In this document: positions 24,263 through 28,222 of the stretch, one piece after another
How positions within the stretch are numbered: position 1 is the stretch's first letter
Layout: each line of letters starts with the position of its first letter
Source: Oligoflexales bacterium
GTDB taxonomy: Bacteria; Bdellovibrionota_B; Oligoflexia; Oligoflexales; CAIYRB01
Reading direction: 5' to 3'
Assembly (NCBI GenBank): GCA_041736175.1
Contig: JBGSUI010000035.1
Location: 1 to 28,222, forward strand
DNA length: 28,222 bases
Position numbers and translations under genes: made by a program
The notes under the pieces: model-generated
What the model saw: the letters and a program-made list of their open reading frames with translations, nothing else
What the model was told of the DNA's origin: nothing
The model's database searches: none

Positions 24263-24299
24263 TATTTTTATCCTTCGGTACCTTTAAAAAATAGGGATG

Positions 24300-24325
24300 G
24301 GCTCCCAAGGAGTCCCTTGGGAGCC
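24300..24325. terminator. Intergenic hairpin
   Basis: Perfect 11-bp inverted repeat GGCTCCCAAGG-AGTC-CCTTGGGAGCC between co-oriented genes. Confidence 0.55.
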
Positions 24326-24363
24326 ACAGATTATGAACGATCTTAGAAAAGAGAAAAGACAAA

Positions 24364-24741
24364 TTATGGGTTTAAATTTTTAGTACAAGTCATCCCATAA
24401 AGACTACCTGAAACATAGCCCACCACCCCAAGAAGAGAGGTGCCCAGGTCGGCAACGGCTGAGGCTCCTTCTTTTTCATTGCCAAAATAGCATATCAAGA
24501 ACTCAGTCGGCCCACGGAAAACGATGCAGCCAGCGCCAAAACCCTCACCTACGATGACTTGTTCAGAGTCCTGGAGGTCCGTATCCAACGTGAACTTCGC
24601 GAGGGGAGGTGCATCGGAAGGTGATGATGGAGTGGAGAGAATTTTATTGGTGGGAGCGATGGAGCATTTGTAGACATCAGCAAAGGCAGGGAGTGACAAA
24701 AGGTTAGCTGCACCAATGAAGAGAAGTTTTTTAGCGAACAT
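24364..24741 (-). CDS. Small secreted hypothetical protein (4 Cys)
   Basis: GGAGG RBS; signal peptide ending AFA. Confidence 0.75.
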   Translation of the reverse strand: MFAKKLLFIGAANLLSLPAFADVYKCSIAPTNKILSTPSSPSDAPPLAKFTLDTDLQDSEQVIVGEGFGAGCIVFRGPTEFLICYFGNEKEGASAVADLGTSLLGVVGYVSGSLYGMTCTKNLNP

Positions 24742-24867
24742 AAGAGATCCTCCAAAAAAATGATTAAAGTTGCATGTGCTACGAGATTAAGTATGGAGCC
24801 CACTCGAGAAGGAGTCTATTAATTAACGATCTAATTTTTGATTTTTAGTTATACTAAAGGTGGACGA

Positions 24868-25695
24868 ATGGATGTCTTTTCCCATAAAAAATACAAAGAT
24901 ATTATTGTGTTATGTGCGAAAGAACGCAAACAGAAGTTTGGACAACGATTCTCCCTCGCCAAGGTCGCGGCAGCCTGCGGGGTCCAAAAGACCTACCTGA
25001 CTAAAATCCTAAATAGCGAGAGTCATCTTAACGCTGATCAACTGGCAGCAGCCTGTGAGTTTTTAAACTGCACTGATTTGGAGACAGAATATATGTTGCT
25101 CCTCCGGGAGCAAGAAACGGCAACCCATCACTTTCGCATCAAGAGCATCGCCAAAAAAATTGAGACTCTTATTGCCAAGGTTCGCAAAACAAGTGCTGTC
25201 CTGCAGGGAACCACCACTCTTTCCCAGCAGGAGACAGGATGGATCTACTACACCGATGTGTCTATGCAGCTTGTGCATCTATTCTTGACGATTCCAACTT
25301 TTCAAAAGGACCTTGGACTGATCGAAAAGGCTCTCGGTCTATCAAGGGAGCGACTGATCGACGTCATCCTCCTGCTAGAGCGCCATGGATTAGCCTCTTT
25401 TGATGGCAAGACCCATACTGCCCTTGAATTTAACTTTCATCTCGATCCATCCTCCCCGGTTTTTCGCCCCTATCGGACTCTACAGAGATTAAAGTCCCTC
25501 GATAAAATCGACAAAATCCAAGGAGAGGACTCTTGCTACGCTTTGACCGCTGCGTGTGCAGCCGATCAAAGCACCTTTGAGTCGACAAAGCTCCAAATTT
25601 TGCAACTCGTAAAGAATACACAGAAATCAGTCGTAGCTTCCCCTGCTGAAAGCGTCTTCCAACTGAACATAGATTTTTTTCGTTGGGACCCTTGA
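24868..25695 (+). CDS. TIGR02147/DUF4423-like HTH DNA-binding protein
   Basis: N-terminal XRE-like HTH (SLAKVAAACGVQKTYLTKIL), central winged helix and terminal VFQLNIDFF motif. Start at ATG 24868. Confidence 0.8.
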   Translation: MDVFSHKKYKDIIVLCAKERKQKFGQRFSLAKVAAACGVQKTYLTKILNSESHLNADQLAAACEFLNCTDLETEYMLLLREQETATHHFRIKSIAKKIETLIAKVRKTSAVLQGTTTLSQQETGWIYYTDVSMQLVHLFLTIPTFQKDLGLIEKALGLSRERLIDVILLLERHGLASFDGKTHTALEFNFHLDPSSPVFRPYRTLQRLKSLDKIDKIQGEDSCYALTAACAADQSTFESTKLQILQLVKNTQKSVVASPAESVFQLNIDFFRWDP

Positions 25696-25777
25696 TCGCT
25701 TCACCCCGTCTGGGACCGCGGTTTCGGGGGCTACGGTTTCCGGGCCCACATTTTTGGGAACAACACTGATTTGTTTC

Positions 25778-26746
25778 CTATTCCAGTGAATCAAGCAAAA
25801 ATCCGACGGCCAGTGGCATCCCGTCACTCAAAGGTTGTCCCTGGGAGTCGACAAACTCCGCTGACAGGTCCTGCCATTGATGTGGCGTGAGGCGGCCCAG
25901 GGTTCCTGAACGGTATAGCACTCGTTCAATATGGTCCAAGTGGGGGCCAAACAATTGGTCGCTCACATCAGTTAGGTTTAACTGTTTAGTGAGCTCATCA
26001 AATACCGCCGTGCGCTGGAGCATATCGATCTGCGAACTATAGTGATTTGGTTTATAATCAGACCAATCCTTACCATCTCTCCGGGGACCCATATTAAAAT
26101 CACCGCTGAGTATGACCTGGTGCGACGGGGGAGAATGGTGGTTCACAAATTCCACAAGCTCCTGCATCTGCCTGATCCGCGCCCCCTGGGCAGCTGGACT
26201 CGAACCTGCTTGCATATGGGTCGTGTAAACATCGATAACCCTTTGATGGATGAGAAATTGGGTTAAAAGTATACCTTTACTTGCGACTCGATCGGCGATT
26301 TCGGCCTTTGCCTTAAAAAAATAGGGAATCACACGGCTCATGGGTCGATAGGCTAAAGTCGCAAGCCCACTATTGACCAGGCTGAACCAATTCTTTCGTT
26401 GGCTAAAATAATATTTTTCTCCATGGGGGGCTTGGTCTAAGAATAAGCCACATTGGGCAAAGCACTCTTGGATGTGAACGATATCAAACCGGGAGACTTT
26501 CGCTGCGATCAAAGGCAAATGGATCCTCGCCCTTTGGCCATCGAGGATGGGACGGGACTGAACATTGTAGGTCAATAGATTAAATGAGATCCTTTGGGAA
26601 TCTGCTTTTCCCATGGCCAACCCACGCCCCCCATCAGAAATCTGCTGGTCCACAACTTTAACCGGGGTGTTAACAGACCCGCAATGAACCATGGCTATAG
26701 CACCCAACCATAACCATAACCTTTTCAGGGCCAGAAAAATGACCAT
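25778..26746 (-). CDS. Endonuclease/exonuclease/phosphatase (sphingomyelinase-like) family protein, probably a lipoprotein
   Basis: LLTYNV, IQECF, NSGL, ASKGIL, TTHMQA and GDFN motifs. A start at 26746 gives a signal peptide; the ORF is open to 26908. Confidence 0.85.
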   Translation of the reverse strand: MVIFLALKRLWLWLGAIAMVHCGSVNTPVKVVDQQISDGGRGLAMGKADSQRISFNLLTYNVQSRPILDGQRARIHLPLIAAKVSRFDIVHIQECFAQCGLFLDQAPHGEKYYFSQRKNWFSLVNSGLATLAYRPMSRVIPYFFKAKAEIADRVASKGILLTQFLIHQRVIDVYTTHMQAGSSPAAQGARIRQMQELVEFVNHHSPPSHQVILSGDFNMGPRRDGKDWSDYKPNHYSSQIDMLQRTAVFDELTKQLNLTDVSDQLFGPHLDHIERVLYRSGTLGRLTPHQWQDLSAEFVDSQGQPLSDGMPLAVGFLLDSLE

Positions 26747-26904
26747 AGGAGATCCACCTACATCCCTTGGGTTGTCGACGATCAAAGGGTTTGGTTTCAC
26801 GCTACCATAAAAGCATCTAACATCAACCTTATCTTTTTCTTGTCGGCAGGCTGTCGCTAAAATGTTCACTTTGGACTTTTTCTGATCAAACATCATGGAC
26901 TCAC

Positions 26905-28119
26905 TCACAAGATAAAGGGGGTCATATAGAAAGGGATATTTACAATGTCTGCTCGCAAATATCCTGGAGGGTCCATAGAAGAAACCAAGGCCAGCAAGGC
27001 TGGCTTGTGATTGTTATCGAACTTTGTGTGGCGGTTTTGGAAGGAAATAAGACTGGGGCTGACTTTTTGGCGCTTTCGCTTGGCGTCCACGGCGCAAAGG
27101 GTGTTGCGGCAAAACAGCAGTGCGTCGATTTCAGCTCCCTCACTTTTCTTTTTGTTTTCCCAAAAATAAACCTCATGGTCCCTGCGTTTAAAGCTGGATC
27201 GTTTGACAAGCTCTGTGATCAAAAAATACTCGCCAAGAATGCCATCGTTGGAAAAGTGAATATCTGGTGAAATAAGGTCGGGAATAGAGCTATTGGTCAA
27301 TGCATGAAAGAGGCCGCTATCACAGAGGAACAACCGATAGTCGTTGCCATCCATCCCTGATGACAAAGGAGAATCGAATGCCGAGGTATGATAGACCCGG
27401 TAAACAAGTCCGATATCTTCTAAAAGATCTATAGCCTTTTTGACAGTATCAGCATGTGACGAAGAGATGCGACTGAAAACGACCCGTTTCGCTAAATCCC
27501 CAATATTACGCAGCACTGCATCGATATTTTCGCGAACCTTCTTGGTGATAATTGAATCTTTCACGTATTTAGAAAAATCATCACGAAAGGAAGTCATGAT
27601 ATCTTGTTGGATATCTCTGCAGGCAACCAGATCTGAGGTGGCAAGGAATTTTTGCACCACAGCGGGCATTCCGCCGCACAATTCGTACTCCAATGCCAGA
27701 TTTACAAGTCTTGAGTGCACTTGATTGGTTTTTTGAGCCATGGCTTTCATAAAAGACTCTCGGTCGCCGCTGTCGAAGACGTCTTTGACTGTAGCTAATA
27801 TCTCCGCTAAAAAGGATTCGTCCCGTGCCCATAGAAACTCCTCAAAATCCAGGGGCTTCATAAACAAATGAACTACTCTGCCGACAGGAAAAGAACCGAT
27901 GTTTTTTAAGGCTAACTCCAAAGAGCTCCCCGCGGCTACCACATGCATGTGAGGGTAGTCCTCCTTAAAGTAGCGTAGATGCTTTATAAGGTTTGGGACT
28001 GCCTGAATCTCGTCAAAAAAAAGTGCGCATGGACCCTGCTGGCCCAATTTAGTGCGAGCTTTAATGGATAAGACTTCCAATATCTTAGATCTTGCAAAGA
28101 ATTGAACAAAAAGGATCAA
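26905..28119 (-). pseudogene. AAA_14 / DUF4143 ATP-binding protein lacking its N-terminal Walker A
   Basis: FFDEIQ (Walker B), AAGSS, FPVGRV, GGMP, DSGL, YFW and EID motifs are present. No GxxxxGKT in the ORF or in any frame of the remaining upstream sequence. Confidence 0.7.
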
Positions 28120-28222
28120 AAAACAAAGTTTTCTAGCATAAATTAATATATAAAAGCCCTACAATGGCGTCCGACAACCACTAAATCTCGATACAATACT
28201 ATGCCGCAGATTTTTTGAATAT

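Overview
This 28.2 kb window is bacterial chromosomal DNA. The gene content (TIGR02147/DUF4423-like regulator, many lipoproteins and secreted hydrolases, transglutaminase-elicitor homolog) suggests Bdellovibrionota/Oligoflexia, which is an inference. From left to right: (1) 1-3985 is the end of a genomic island integrated at the 3' end of tRNA-Cys(GCA). It holds a tyrosine integrase, paired arm-type-like repeats, an unusually long IS481-like DDE transposase with extra HTH units, and about 730 bp of hairpin-dense non-coding DNA. The transposase is bracketed by nested direct and inverted repeats whose reconstructed empty site is a hairpin. (2) 4268-20193 is a largely chromosomal block: Rossmann oxidoreductase, collagen-like lipoprotein coupled to an O-antigen-ligase/OTase-family gene, PNGase F-like lipoprotein, DUF1853, transglutaminase-elicitor lipoprotein with a K/Q-rich coiled-coil lipoprotein, response regulator, low-complexity anchored protein, aldose epimerase, M17 aminopeptidase and a GspC-like protein. 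(3) 20204-22767 is a decayed Tn3-family element: MqsA-like antitoxin with an unannotated 48-aa toxin-like partner, res-like site, tnpA tail, YhcG nuclease and a 38-bp terminal IR. (4) The right end has a secreted metallopeptidase and small secreted protein divergent from a DUF4423-type regulator, an EEP hydrolase with a degenerate active site, and a 5'-truncated AAA/DUF4143 ATPase. All family calls come from motif recognition by eye; no database searches were run.
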